This document shows, piece by piece, positions 24,906 to 38,507 of a stretch of 64,000 nt of DNA. Below the pieces are notes generated by a model. The model was not told where the DNA came from. It did no database searches and saw only the letters and a program-made list of their open reading frames with translations. How positions within the stretch are numbered: the stretch's first letter is position 1; the number at the start of each line of letters is the position of its first letter. The translations under genes were made by a program, and so were the position numbers. Source of the stretch: Lepidodermella squamata (taxonomy: Eukaryota > Animalia > Gastrotricha); the NCBI GenBank assembly GCA_047495785.1, contig JBLDXI010000046.1, positions 806,001-870,000 on the forward strand. Direction: 5' to 3'.

Positions 24906-25895
24906 CGCTTTTCTACTACATTGCCCACTTCAACTTGGCATGACTTATTAGGCCGCGTAAAAAAACTCCAGAATTACGTGCATTTTTCTACAATTTTGCA
25001 TAATTTGCTGCATTTTTTCCCGATTTTAAGCGAAAATTCTGTTTTTTGTTTAATCATTTTTTGTGCATTTAACGGCAGATTCGTGTATTATTTGTTGACC
25101 GGTGTGTACACTATTTGATGCTGGTGCCAACACGTGTATATCAGCACGAAGAAGCGTATACTATACTTGCATATACTATTACTACAACGAAGCTTGTGTG
25201 CAATTATACAAGCTGAAATTTTGTTGTAATGACGTTTCACAGTTTTGAAAAACCACTCGCGAGAAAGTATTACGCCTCTATTTTAGCATATTAACAACGC
25301 TGAAATTGCATTGTCATCATTGCCATCATCTTCAAAATCCACTGGAATTATTTTTCACATTTTACCGGGTAATAACAGCCTTAATTTAGGAAATTTAGAA
25401 CGGTTTCTCCAGCCATTTTTGCCTTGATTATTTGATTTTTTATATTTACAATAAAATTGCCGGCATATTATAGTCTTGATTACCTCTTTTTCGGTTCATT
25501 TATCAGTTGCATAGAAATACTCATATAAACAAGATAGGAAATGTACCGCAGCCTTACTTACACATATATAGAAATCATAAGAAGGGAAAGCTAAGACTAA
25601 GGACTAAGGCTGTATATGCGTGATTGTTATGATGCTGCTGTATTGTTGGGGTAAACAGCACTTCTGAAGGCATATTGGTATAATACCAGTCTTTATTGCT
25701 GCTCAGAAGCCGGCGTCTTTAGCGGCCTAATATCACCTATAGTAAATATTATTACCGAACACGCGCGTTAAATAGTATATTATTTTTGATCTTTTATTGT
25801 GTTGATGATGAATTATAAGCTGTACGGCCAAGTTTTATTACCAATTTATTTATATTTCCCGAAAATTAATAGAACCCAAACAACATTTGGCACCT

Positions 25896-26134
25896 TTTTC
25901 CTTTCCTTTCCTTTCCTTTCCTTTCCTTTCCTTTCCTTTCCTTTCTTCCTTTCCTTTCCTTTCCTTTCCTTTCCTTTCCTTTCCTTTCCTTTCCTTTCCT
26001 TTCCTTTCCTTTCCTTTCCTTTCCTTTCCTTTCCTTTCCTTTCCTTTCCTTTCCTTTCCTTTCCTTTCCTTTCCTTTCCTTTCCTTTCCTTTCCTTTCCT
26101 TTCCTTTCCTTTCCTTTCCTTTCCTTTCCTTTCC
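25896..26134. repeat. (CTTTC)n pentanucleotide microsatellite, ~240 bp
   Basis: Nearly perfect tandem CTTTC array. Confidence 0.97.
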
Positions 26135-26268
26135 GTTCCTTCCCCCCACAGCAATTATTGTCTTAGCTTTATAACCATATCCTTTGAATAGGAATTTTAA
26201 TCGAATAAATGATCTCTTAAATTTCCGCCTTTTAAAACGTCAAATAATTCAAAGCTATGTAATTGGCT

Positions 26269-27926
26269 ATGCGATATCGACGGCTATCTGTCTGCATCAT
26301 CCACAATCGATTTCGCCTAGTTACCATCTGTTCAGTCCTACTTATTTTAACCTGGTTTTACTCGCAAGATGTAACCGATTACTACCATCCTAACCCAATT
26401 TCATCGCTTTCGACCGGCCTCGATTACCTAACAGCTGAAGAAATCGAGTCGACCTGTAACCGATACTTGGCTGATTCGGGCAATAATTGCTCCAAATTAT
26501 GGTCATCAAAGCGTGACGACGGCTCTTGGAACGTTAAAACAGGAAAATCCAAACTAGATTTATCGCGGGTTATTCTAGTTGTCTATTTCAACGAGCCTCG
26601 TTATGAATCAGCGGCTAAATATTACGTGCTATACCGAAAAATCTTCAAATCGATCGTTTTCTGCGGCCCGGAGGAGGGGCAGATATTTTGGCCTAATTCC
26701 GGACACTCCAGAAAATTGAGCCCATTCGCGAGTTTGCCTGATACGACAGTCGATCCCGACATCGATTTTTTCACTTATCCAGCGCCTCGCCATGACAACG
26801 GCGAGTTGACTTATGTTTGCTTTGAGCGGGCTGTCAATCGGTTCGAGGCCGCGAAATTGGACTACGACGGCATTTTAACGACGGCCGATGATGTGGCGCT
26901 TAATTTCTGGAATTGGCCGTATACGGGCAAAGAAACAGGGAAAACTTGGCCGCAATTAGTTAGGCCGCTGGGAACTAAACTTCGCGATGTTGTCTTTCAA
27001 GTCGATTCCGTAAGTTCGAATATTCAAAATAATTCCGTGAAAATTGCAAAAAATAGAAAATTAAAATTGAAATTTTAAATTTCAAATTTTTTGAATTTTT
27101 GTAGGGTGCCGGTTGTTTGGGACAATCTGCTGATAATGATCAGGACTGTACTCTTCAAGAATCTAAAACCTCAGGAATTTCCGTTGCCTTCCGATACGCT
27201 TCCACTTTCCGCGGCGAAATGTCCGCCTTTTACGATGAACTGGAGCTGTTAGCTGGGTCGAGTCATTTTTGGCGCGATGCCAAAACGGCTATCGAGCGCG
27301 CAACCGGTGGGCCGAGACGGGTGTTGTATGCTGGCGGGGACATTTTCTACGCCTCAAAACGCCACTTCGCAGCTTTGAGACCGGTTTTAAATCTATTTTC
27401 AAAGTTAGTTTCAAATTTTTTAAATTCCAAAAAATCATATTTTTCCGGAAATTAATTAAAATTGATAAAATCAAAAATTCAATTTTTTCAAAATTCTTTT
27501 AAAATGTAATTTCACTAAATTCGCAATTTCAATTCAATTTATAAATTTTCAATTTTTTCAATATTTTTCAAATTTTCTTAATTTTTCCATTTGATTGATA
27601 GACACGGGGTATGGCTGGAATTTGCGATAGGAACAGCCATGGCCACTCTACCTCATTCCGAGCTTAGTATTTTCGACATGGCCGGGCAAGATTTTGGCAC
27701 GGCGAACCGGCTGCAACGCCTAGCCGACCGTTACCGGCCAGATTTCGACTTTTTACACCCGTTCAAGCTGAGCGGCGTGTTTCGCGAGCGCCACCCTAAC
27801 GCGCCACGCGTCAATGAATCCGCACTGCCTCTTCAAAGCCCACGTGTTGGCCTTCACGTGGCGAGCGATACGACATTCAACTGCGTCTATTGCTACGTTT
27901 TCGATTTAACGCAGAAAAACAGCTGA
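26269..27926 (+). CDS. Type II membrane STELLO-like (C-terminal-domain) putative glycosyltransferase, 3 exons
   Basis: TM LVTICSVLLILTWFY. Motifs VILVVYFN, FKSIVFCGP, YDGILTTADDVALNFWN, GDIFYASKRH, VWLEFAIGT and FLHPFKLS follow the STELLO C-terminal domain pattern. Confidence 0.7.
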
Positions 27927-28172
27927 TAGAAAGAAGCACCATCAAAAATTCGATCTGAATATTCCGCACCTATCAATTTTATTTATTGAATTTTATTGTT
28001 ATTTTTTTGCGGAAAGAATAGGTAAAAAATGTTAAGGTGGATTTTTTTTAAGTTTTACGAATATTTGAGCCTAATTTTAAAAAGCGATAAAAATTCATTT
28101 GATGCTGAAGAAAAATCAAATCATTTATTTTCACGCTTCGCATCACTGATTCATCGGTAAATCAAATAATTT

Positions 28173-29400
28173 TTACTCGAAAGTTTTCTCCAACGGAATC
28201 GTGTAGATAGCATTCGAGTTCAACCTCCAACCTTCACTCGGCTCTTGTTCCGCATCAACGCCACGTTTCGCTTTGACCGGCGTAATAAACGGCTCTTGAA
28301 CCAACAAATCGCGGCCAACGTCACGCTTGACTGGCGGCTCAATAATCGCCCTGGCTCCTGAAGACTGAGCGTCCGGCGGGTCGACTCGAATGAACGATGA
28401 CGTATTCGCTGTTTCATTGCCGCTATTTTTCGAAGGATATTTCAACCCGGCGTTACGCTTCAGTGAATTTGCCGAAGAATTCGCGCGTGATCTATTGTGA
28501 TGAGAGCCAGTTGATAAACGGCCGCAAATGCAGTAGCCACATAGGATGCCACAAGCCAGGGCGAGGATCATTGGGACAAAGACCAGAATTAGGAAAACGC
28601 CTTTCGACAACACAACTGCCGGTCCTAGAGGCTCTTCTTTTGAAATCAATCGAACCGTGACATTTTTACCATTGTCGAGAGTGATTAATTTGTCGCTAGT
28701 TCCAGTTAAGCCTAGGTCGATCTTCTTGCGGCAAAATGCGGTAATAACACGACCATTGTGATCCGCGACCAGTTCATTAGCATTGCGATGTAATTTAAAG
28801 TCGGTCATCGATTTGTGGAAAGATTTCACGGTCGAGTGATTTTCCTCGAAAACAGTGTAATTATACGCGAGAAATTTCGTCGCATTTGAACTAGACTTTG
28901 AAAAATCGAACAGCTCAGGTTGATAGTATTGACCTGAAAAAATTGAAAAATCCGCCTTAAAATTAATTTATTTTCAAATCAAAAATATAACCTGGATTTG
29001 TGCATAGGCCATTTTTGCCCGAGTAAGAACTAACGCAAGGATTTGCCGAAACATTGCGGTAGCATTCGATGGTGATGAACGGCACTTCGAGGCATTGATC
29101 GGCATCAGTGCAGTGAGGAGTGACCTCGCGCGCGCACAGGCTCACGTAAAAGCGAGATTTTGTATCGAAAAGCGACTTGAAATCGCGAATGCTTTCCAAC
29201 TTCTTGGCTACATCACTGCTAATAGATTGGTGAGAAGTTGAGTCGAAAATTGCTGAAAATAAAGCATCATCCCCAGTGACGCATTTATCAGCTGCCGATG
29301 ATTGGTGGGAAATTATGCCGAAAAAATGGCCATCCGACTTGCAATTCACCGAAACGGCTAAAAAAGCTATAACAGCCAGACTAAAAATCGGCCTTGGCAT
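28173..29400 (-). CDS. Type I membrane protein with Cys-containing ectodomain, 2 exons, unknown function
   Basis: Signal peptide MPRPIFSLAVIAFLAVSVNC, intron ~28991-28934, TM GVFLILVFVPMILALACGILCGYCI, low-complexity cytoplasmic tail. Confidence 0.75.
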
Positions 29401-29693
29401 TGCTTATAACTATAGGAGTCTATAATGATTCGAGAATCGAAATGATAAAAAAATTAGATAGGAATTATTTTATCAATCATCGTATTAAGATCGCGTGTAG
29501 AAAAATTGCGATTTTTTTCAATGGAAAACAATCAATGGCAAAAAGTCAAGATCAAGGCCAAAATAACTTTTATTCGCATGACAATAAGGTCACAATAATA
29601 ATGCGCAAATATTTGGATAATTAGCTATAATTATTCCGATATTTAAATCGAATAAATAATCTATATTATGATTAATAATGAAAGGTTTTGTTC

Positions 29694-32600
29694 TCAGGGC
29701 AGAATACATTTGGCGAAGGTGTCGTATGTAATTCCTTGAACAGGCAACTGTAAAAAAATTGAGAGAAATCAATCTTGAAATTAATAGGCAAAATAAGACG
29801 AAAATGAGTGCATACCAGGCCAGAGGGACATTGCTCAGTTGCGTTCACGCATGCTTTGATAGCATTCGCCTCATCAACGCAACGCGTTAGCGTGACCCCA
29901 TATCGGCAAATTTGTTGCACGTATTGAAAATTGACGAAAAAATTCTGATTAAAGTAGTAAGTCATCAACTGGAAAAAAATCGAAAATGTGAATCTCAATT
30001 TATTAAATTTTGACAAATAATTTTATCACCTCTTGGTAACCAGCAGCACATGGCCTTTCCGCGACGCCCCAAACATAGGTACCTGAGGCGGCGGCATAGC
30101 AGCATTTTGCCGCCTAATAATTTTCAGAACATCGAGCTATTATTTCGTACAACTTGGGCGAAGCAACGTACCCCAGTAAAGCAATCATCCCGGCTTGGAT
30201 ATCTCAAAGGGGCTTGCGTAGCTGGATCAAAAGGTTGAAGCTACAATAAATTACGCAAAATAAAAAAATTATTCAAAGCTTCAATCAAAACAAAGATGAC
30301 CGAATTTAAATTATTGTGGGACCAACTTAACCACCCACCGTCACCACCCAGGCCCAGAACCCGCCCCTTGGGGCCCAAGCGATCCCATTCCTTAAGAATT
30401 TTTCCCAGAATGAGTGGATGAGCAACTAGGATTTCGTGAGAAATCCCAGGTACCCCCCGACCCGTCTTGAAATTGCATTTCCCTTGAAACTTTCGTTTCA
30501 GCCAGCCGAGTGCCGGCGAGAAGGACAATCCTTCGAGCTTGCGATATGCCCACCGCCACAATTGCAGCAATGGGCAACACACAGGCAGAGGGCAGAGTTT
30601 CGCGTTGTGCTTTTCATTCAAATTAAAAAGTTTCGTAATTTTTAAATGGATTTCGCACCATTTCAATTTCTTCTGACGTAACGTACCACAGACATGCTTG
30701 GATCGCATTCACCAGGTCTGTTGCAGTAGCCTCGAGAGCCGTCTGATGGCAAGCATCTCACATACTCCACTAGATAATGGAGAAGAACGATGCAATCAGC
30801 AAGACGAACTCAAAATGGGACACTTACAGCAAGGGCGGATGCTGCATTCCCCAATTTCGCCGTTTGTCTCGAAGCAAAACGTCGCGTTTCTAAAGGCCCG
30901 AGGATTACGGCAATAGGCACCCGCCGCCGTGAGAGATCCCTCCGGAAATTCGTAGCCGCTTACAAGCGTCTGGTCAGTCCAATGTGCGCATCGAGCACCA
31001 GTTGCAGCTCGAATCACCGAACCCTCGTAGTCGTACTGCTTATCCGTGAAGTAACACTCTTTGTTCAACGTATTGCCAGGCTGGCCGTTGCACATGGCGT
31101 AGGCGGCGATTCTAAATGGTTCCCAGGTGTTGTTGGTTACTTTGACAAGTCTGACACCAGCACCTTCAGTCGTTGAAGTGAGCACTCGCCCGGCGCTGAT
31201 CGAGCAAGGGCATACCCTGGCGAATTAAAAACATAGATAAAAGAAATGGCGATGCTATTTTTTGCTAACCTAGTTCCAGATACGTAACCACGTGGCCAAG
31301 TGCCGTCGATGAATTCAAGATAATCCATGCCATCACACGATTCAGCTGTGCACAAAAAGATATGGCTTTAAACCTTCGTTGCATATTGCATATACTCTTG
31401 TGAGTTAATAAGATAACAGGAAGTAGGATCCTCGCGGGGAGGGGTGAGAGAGGGGGTAGTGGGGGGTAGTGGGGGTAGCAAAAGGTCCCACGCTTGGTAC
31501 CCAGCAGTATCGCAGTATCTGAAATTTGCCCGTGGGAATTACCCCTTCTTCCTAACATAATGGCAATGCTCCGCCTGAGCTTGTGATCTTTGGCCATTTC
31601 CTAAGCTCGCGAATGGTAACCCACTCAAAGGGTCTTTGATTTGCCGATTCCACGTCGAATTGCGCCAAATTCACCTTTCTATGGCTTTCGGACAAATTCC
31701 TTTACCTGTTACACTGCTGCAATCAACGCTGCCATTCATTGGAACGGTATCAAACGCAAGGACCATGCCGTTCGGTTGGTCCTATCAAAACTTCAAGTTC
31801 TCATACGAGTAATAAAATGAGATCACACTACCGTGAAAAAGAAGTAGGTGCATGTCGTTCCAGCCGGGATATTTGTAGGGATCGTTACGTACCCAGTAGT
31901 GCAAGGGCTGATCATAGTGAGCGTGGGGCCACACTTTGACTCATCGTGATAAACCGGTTGATCGCAAGCTGGCCCTGTTGCCACGTTGGCACAACGGCAT
32001 TGCTTGCAGTTGAGCGGGTTGTAAACTCCCCAGCCACAGAGCCAACCATCGCCAACGCCACAAATATCTGCAAATCAAAGTTGTCAATTTTGATAAACAC
32101 TTGCGATTACGCAGAGTTAACCCCGGGTCCAAAATGTCGGACCCAAACTCGACTCGGGCCCGACCCGACCCGGGGCCAACTCTGCGACTACGTACCTCTT
32201 AACATTTGCCGGCAATATAAAAAGTTGATGCGATTCACATCACTGTATGAAACATTTTCTCGTTGACCCATCGTGAACAGGTTGTGCTTGTCCCACGGTT
32301 CGATTGTACGACTCTTGTTGTCGGCGCTCAGGTATACCGAAGACGGGTGCATTATCGAACCGTAATCGTATGGGAAGCCCATTGAGTTGTCTTGGCTGAC
32401 AATGGCAAAGTCTTGTTGCCTCCAACTATGGACATAGCAAATTCAATCGATTTGACAGACAAACAAATTTTTGACTCACGGACTGATATTCCCTAGCATG
32501 ACCATGACAAAATCGTCTCGATCTTGGCGTTGATGTTCGTCAGGCTATAGAAAAATCATAATTACGAAAACTTCTCCCGGAATGGCACAGAACGCTCAAT

Positions 32601-33391
32601 TTCTGGTTTACGGTTCGCCTTTCGCCTTACCCAAATTCTCCAAAAAGATAAAAAATCCCTTTTTGCAATTTGCAAGTAAAAATGTTTACCAATCCGAGAG
32701 CATGGCCGATTTCATGGGCGATTTTTCCAGGGCTCTGAAAAATAGACATTTCTAAATTCACCACGTCTAATGAGGTTTGTTACAAGACAAACATCTATAC
32801 ATTCAGGCGTTAACAGAATCATCTGAGCTCCATTGCCAATCATGCCAACCTTCGACCAACACCGCCCGCTAAATGATGAAAAATTTAATTAAACGAATTA
32901 CAAATGCTTTGAGACTCACGATGTCGCAGATGCGAAAGCGATAGCGTTGCCGGAATTGGGCGGTGAGAAAACTTCCTTGAATTCGACACATGTTTCAGTA
33001 GTCCACATAGATATTGCCTTCCGAACGTTGGCTACATGAGTAGGGTTGGACTCTGGAAAATATCCGAATAACGTTATCTTATTATTTGTTGAGACATAAG
33101 CATATACTGAGGTAAGCCGACATGTAGTAACGGATAGGAAGCTTCCAAGGGGTGACTGTGTTGCCATCCTTGAGTTTCGGCGCCTCGAGTTCAGAATCGA
33201 CATCAGCCTAAATTGAACAATAAGTCACAAAATGTCTTGAACGGGTGATATAAAACCTGGCTTTGAACGGCTTTGCTTTGTGCCCGAACTGCATTATCGA
33301 GGAATTGGTGAAATAAATCGTAAATCGAGCTTTTGCCATAAGCAGAGACAAGGCAAAAGCATATGAAAAGGCTCAATGTAAATACCTTCAT
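29694..33391 (-). CDS. Astacin-like metalloprotease A3 (long form), multi-exon
   Basis: SP MKVFTLSLFICFCLVSAYG. MWTTETCVEFKE, HEIGHALGL|PDEHQRQDRD, YDYGSIMHP, kringle AYCRNP, C-terminal YQ/FQYVQQICRYG...CPSGL...FAKCILP*. Confidence 0.85.
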
Positions 33392-33883
33392 GCTTTTGGC
33401 CGTAGTAAAATAGTGAAATTATTAAAATTGACTGGTTCACTTCAATCAACAGCACGTGCCTCCTGGCGGCTTGCTATAAATCAACAGGGCGAACAAAAAT
33501 ATCAACACACGCGCGATCATGTCCTATCAAAATCGATTAATGAAACAAAAATAAAAATCTCAATGACATAGATAACACAGTTGTAAATAACGCTGGAACG
33601 TAATACGCAAAGTCCAAAGTCCAACAATTTGAAATTTTGAAAATAAAACCCCATAAATTGGATAAGAATTATTTTATTAATTAACGTAGATCGCGTGGGA
33701 AAATTGCGAATTCTTTATGGAGATCAATTTATGGCAAAAAGTCAAAACAAGGTCAAAATAACTTAAACTTTTATTCGCAAAAGGTCGTCATAATGAGTAA
33801 ATACTCGGAGCATTAAATAATTGTTAGCGATAGTTAGGTGAATCAAATAAATGGTCCATGATCCATGATCTAAGGATTTCTTC

Positions 33884-36800
33884 TCAAGGCAGAATACATT
33901 TGGCGAAGGTGTCGTAAGTAGTTCCTGCAACAGGTGTCTGCAAATAATAGACAAAATTCAATGGTAAATCGACAACCCGGTGAACCAAATAAGGAAAACA
34001 ATTTCTTACCAGGCCGGAAGGACACTGCTCAGAAGCGTTCACGCATGCTTTGATGGCATTTGACGCGTCAACGCAACGCGTTAGCGTGACCCCATATCGG
34101 CAAATTTGTTGCACGTATTGAAAATTGACGAAAAAATTTCGATCAGCGTTGTAAGTCATTAGCTGGGAAATAATTGATTTTGAGTATCAATTACAATTAG
34201 CAAGTAATTTTCTCACCTCTTGGTAACCAGCAGCACATGGCCTTTCCGCGACGCCCCAAACATAGGTACCTGAGGCGGCGAGATAGCAACATTTTGCGGC
34301 CTAAAATGTAATTCGCAAAAAAATTAGACGCAAAATTAGAGCAAATCGAATTACCCCGGAAAAGCAATCATCACGGCTTGAATACATCAACCGATCATCA
34401 CGGCTTGGCTGGCTGGATCGAACGGTTGTAGCTGTAATGGGAAAAACCAGCGTTCCAGGATTTTCCCCAGTATAATGATACTTACCTCAGACATGGTATC
34501 ACCGCATTCACCAGGGTTTACGCAGTAGCCTCGAGAGCCGTCTGGTGGCACGCATCTCACATAGGCCACTATATAAAAGATGCCATAACGATTTTGTGAG
34601 ATCAACTGAACAACGGAAACTAACTGCATTCCCGGGGCCTGCAATTTCCAATACCGCCGGATTTCTCATAGCAAAACGTGTTGTTTCTGAGGGCGCGAGG
34701 ATTGCGGCAATAGCTGCCCGCCGCCGCGAGAGATCCCTCCGGAAATTCGTAGTCACGTAAAAATGACTGGTTAGACCAGGGCGCGCACGGCGAGCCAGTT
34801 GCAGCTTTAATCTCCGTACCCTCGTAGTCATACTGCGTATCCGTGAAATAGCACTCTTTGCCCAGCGTATCACCAGGCAGGCTATTGCACATGGCGTAGG
34901 CGGCGATTCTGAATAGATTCCAGGTTTTACCCGTCACTTTAACCAGTCTGATACCAGTTGTTGCGAACGATGCCTTAAACACACGCCCAGCGCTGATCGA
35001 GCATTGGCATATTCTGAAAAATGTTAAAGAAAAATGGAAATAACACCAAGGGGCGAAGGCTTTGTTGCTAACTTAGTTCCAGTCGCATAACCACGTGGCC
35101 AATCGCCGTGGACGATTTCAAGATAATCCATGCCTTCACATGTCTCAGCTGTGGACAAAAGGACAAGGCAATTCAAATTGAATCATGACTATGGAAAAAC
35201 TGGGGTCAAAGGAAACACAAGTGTGGCAGACGATTACACATTAGTATAACAGTCTCAAGGTCACATGGGCATCGGTAGCGATCATAACAAGGAAATATCA
35301 TGATATCGCAAAAATTTAGAGGTCTTACTTCTAGCGGAGCCAAATGTAGGAATAATCGATGGGTCAAAAACCACTTTTCGAAACTTTCAACTTACAAGTT
35401 TTAAGAATAGGACGCATTCTTCAATTTAGAATTCCGATGTAGCATTAATTTCACATTTCACAGAAATATTCGAAAAGCGACCTTTTGCTTATCTAAAATC
35501 TAAAATTAGGTTCCGCAACATTTGTTTCTGTTTGTTTCTGCTAAAAGGTAATCTGAGAATTTAGTGCCTCGATGCTCATTCTTCAAGTTGGAATATAAAC
35601 TTTGATAGCGTGTATTTTATCTTAAATTCTCTACCTTAATCCCACCTTTAGGAAATTTAGTACTTATAAGAGAATTTAAAATTTGGCCATGGGAATTATC
35701 CCTTTGAAGTTTCCTAGCATATGGGCGATTCTCCGCCTGAGTTTGTGAGCTTTAGCCGTTTCCAAAGCTGTTGCATGGTGCCCCACCCAAAGGGTTCTTT
35801 GGTATGCCGATTCTACGTCGAGTTGCGCCAAATTCGCCTTACTATGGCTTTCAGAAAAGTCGCTTTACCTGTTGCACTGCTGCAATCAACGCTGGCGTCC
35901 ATTATCGGAACAGTATCGAACGCAAGGACAAAGCCATTCGGTTCGTCCTGTCACTTTCAAGTTCTCATTATAAGTACATTATAATTTATTTTCATTACCG
36001 TGAGAAAGACGTAGAGGCATGTCGTCCCAGCCGGGACATTTGTGGGGATCGTTATGTACTCAGTGGTACAAGGGCTGACAGCAGTAACCGTGGGGCCACA
36101 CTTTGACTCATCATGATAAATCGGTTGATTGCAGACTGGTCCTGTTGCCAAAGCGGCACAACGGCATTGATTACAGTTAAGCGGGTTGTAAACACCGAAG
36201 CCACAGTATTTTCTCTCACCAACTCCACAAACATCTGCAAATTTAAACGTCGCTTTCTACAGCTAATCGCGTTTAAATGCTACCTACCTCTTAAAATTTG
36301 ACGGCAGTATAAAAAGTTGATGCGATTCGCGTCGTTGTAGGAAACGGCTTCCCGCTGGCCAATTGTGAACAGGTTGTGGATGTCCTTCGGTAATATTGTT
36401 CGTTTCTTGCCGTCGGCGCTCAGATATACCGATGCTGGGTGCATAATCGAGCCGTAATCGTATGGCAAGTCCATCGAATTGTCTTGGCTGACAATGGCAA
36501 AGTCTTGTTCCTTCCATCTACGAGGACGTATAAAGAAATCAATGAAATAATACGATTAATGAAGAATAATAAAGAAATATGTTCAACTCACGGAATTATG
36601 TTCCCCATCAAAATGTTGACGAAATCGTCCCGGTCGCTGCGTTGATGCTCGTCAGGCTGTAACATGTCAGAATTAGAAAATCTCCTGGAATTTCTGTTTC
36701 GTCATTCCCAACATCGCCATTCCCTCATTCTTTACAAAATGTAAACATCTTGGTCAAATTAATTACCAAGCCGAGAGCATGGCCGATTTCATGGGCGATT

Positions 36801-37471
36801 TTTCCAGGGCTCTGAAATAATAGATATAACAAATTCTTTACGGCAGTATTGGTATTTGTCCATCACAAACATTTTGACATTCTGGCGTTATCAGAATCAT
36901 TTGAGCCACTTTGCCAACCATGCCAACTTTCGACCAACAACGCCCCCTAAATTAGAAGAAAATATATCGAAAATAAATTAACAATGGGATTTTTTGACTC
37001 ACGATGTCCCAAGTGCGAAAGTAATTGCGTTGCCAAAATTTGGCGGCGTGAAAACCTCCTTGAATTCAACACAAGTTTCAGCAGTCCACATAGCGATCGC
37101 CTTTTGAACATTGTCAGCAAATTTGGCTTGAGACTCTGGTATAAAGACTAGGTATTGTCGATTTTAATTGTTGAGAGATAAGCTAACTCAAGAAATTTGA
37201 TATGTAGTAACGGATAGGAAGCTTCCAAGGGGTGATTGTGTTGCCATCCATGAGTTTCGGCGCCTCGAGTTCAGAATCGGCATCAGCCTAACAAGCAATA
37301 AATAAGGAACATGTTATCAAATTGGTGATAGAAAACCTGGCTTTGAAAGGCTTTGCTTTGTGCCCGAACTGCGTTATCAAGGAATTTTTGGTATAAATCG
37401 TAAGTTGAGCTTTTGCCATTAGCGGGGAAAAGCCAAAAGCATACGATAAGGCTCAATGTAAATAACTTCAT
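33884..37471 (-). CDS. Astacin-like metalloprotease A4 (long form), tandem paralogue of A3
   Basis: SP MKLFTLSLIVCFWLFPANG. HEIGHALGL|PDEHQRSDRD, YDYGSIMHP, kringle SYCRNP, ends FAKCILP*. Confidence 0.85.
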
Positions 37472-38507
37472 GCTTTTGGCGATATTTAGAACTGAAATTA
37501 TTGAAAATTGGCCGGTTCAATTCAAACAACAGCGCGTGCCTTCGGGCTAGGTGCTAGAAATCAACTGGGCGACCGAAAATATAAACAGACACGCGATCGT
37601 GTCTAATCAGAATGGAATTGAACGAAAAACAAAAATCTCAATTGCGTGATTGATTTAGGTAGTTCGAAATAACACGTGAACCGCAGGCTTACAATTCAAA
37701 ATTTCGAAAATAAAACGGACAATCTAATTTTTATTGAACAGTAAATCCGAAGACGAATGATGGAGAAAATAAACTATTTTCAGGTGCTTTTAGTTTAGGG
37801 GGAGTTCGATTTGAATCGGTTAGAAAAATGACTGTTGAAGGCGTCGAAAGTAGCGTTTCTTTTTGGAAATTGGAAAATGGTCTGTTTTTTTAACCAAGAA
37901 AAGACAAGTAGATTTTAGCTAATTTCCCTCCGAGACCGATAATTGAGTCGACGATTTTCATGGAAGACAAGCGGTCGGACGAGAGATGGTTTAAAATTAG
38001 CTGAATAGCCAGCAAGTTTAGTCACCTTTAGTCCTTTTAGTCACGTTTATTTTAATGAGGTGCGAGTTCCCACTTGCTGACGTTTTCCGACGTGAAAGCT
38101 TGAAAGTAATGACAATATCAACTATTCAACTCCAATAAAGCTGAGACCTAAACGAATACCCTTGAGATGCCTTTCAACGGCATATTCATCGCATCGCCTC
38201 ATCGCTTATCTAAAAGTACTGGTTGTTATGTAAAAAGACATCAGCATTTAGTACAATTCAGTGCAATTCAGTACATTCCACAAATTAAACAGAGCTAGTA
38301 GACTTCAATATTAACCGATGATTTATTTCCGAAAATGTTATCGAATTATTTTGTAAGAGGTATCGAATTTCAAGTAAAGTGACTCGATTCAAAAATATGC
38401 TTTAAAGATCATCATAATTAGTTGTGGAATTGCTTTTCTACTGAAATAAATAATCGCACATAATGACATAATGAGTTCGCCCGGATCAGACAAGCTTTTG
38501 ACGAAAT

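Larger units (their letters stand above)
8645..25617 (+). repeat. Tandem segmental duplication, two ~8-9 kb units (about 8645-17656 and 17657-25617)
   Basis: Both units carry GT6 exons 2-3, an astacin-kringle gene and a FucT remnant, in the same order. Unit starts share 'ttggacatcaat.ttgttgtctccccgatctt'; unit ends share 'ggactaaggctgtatat'. Confidence 0.85.

Noticed and set aside
25799-26191. ORFs with FPFLS/ERKGK repeats
   Set aside because: Translations of the (CTTTC)n microsatellite.
28173-29400. Mannose-6-phosphate receptor/ATG27 homology
   Set aside because: Only vague resemblance in Cys spacing and TM start; cannot be supported without a profile search.
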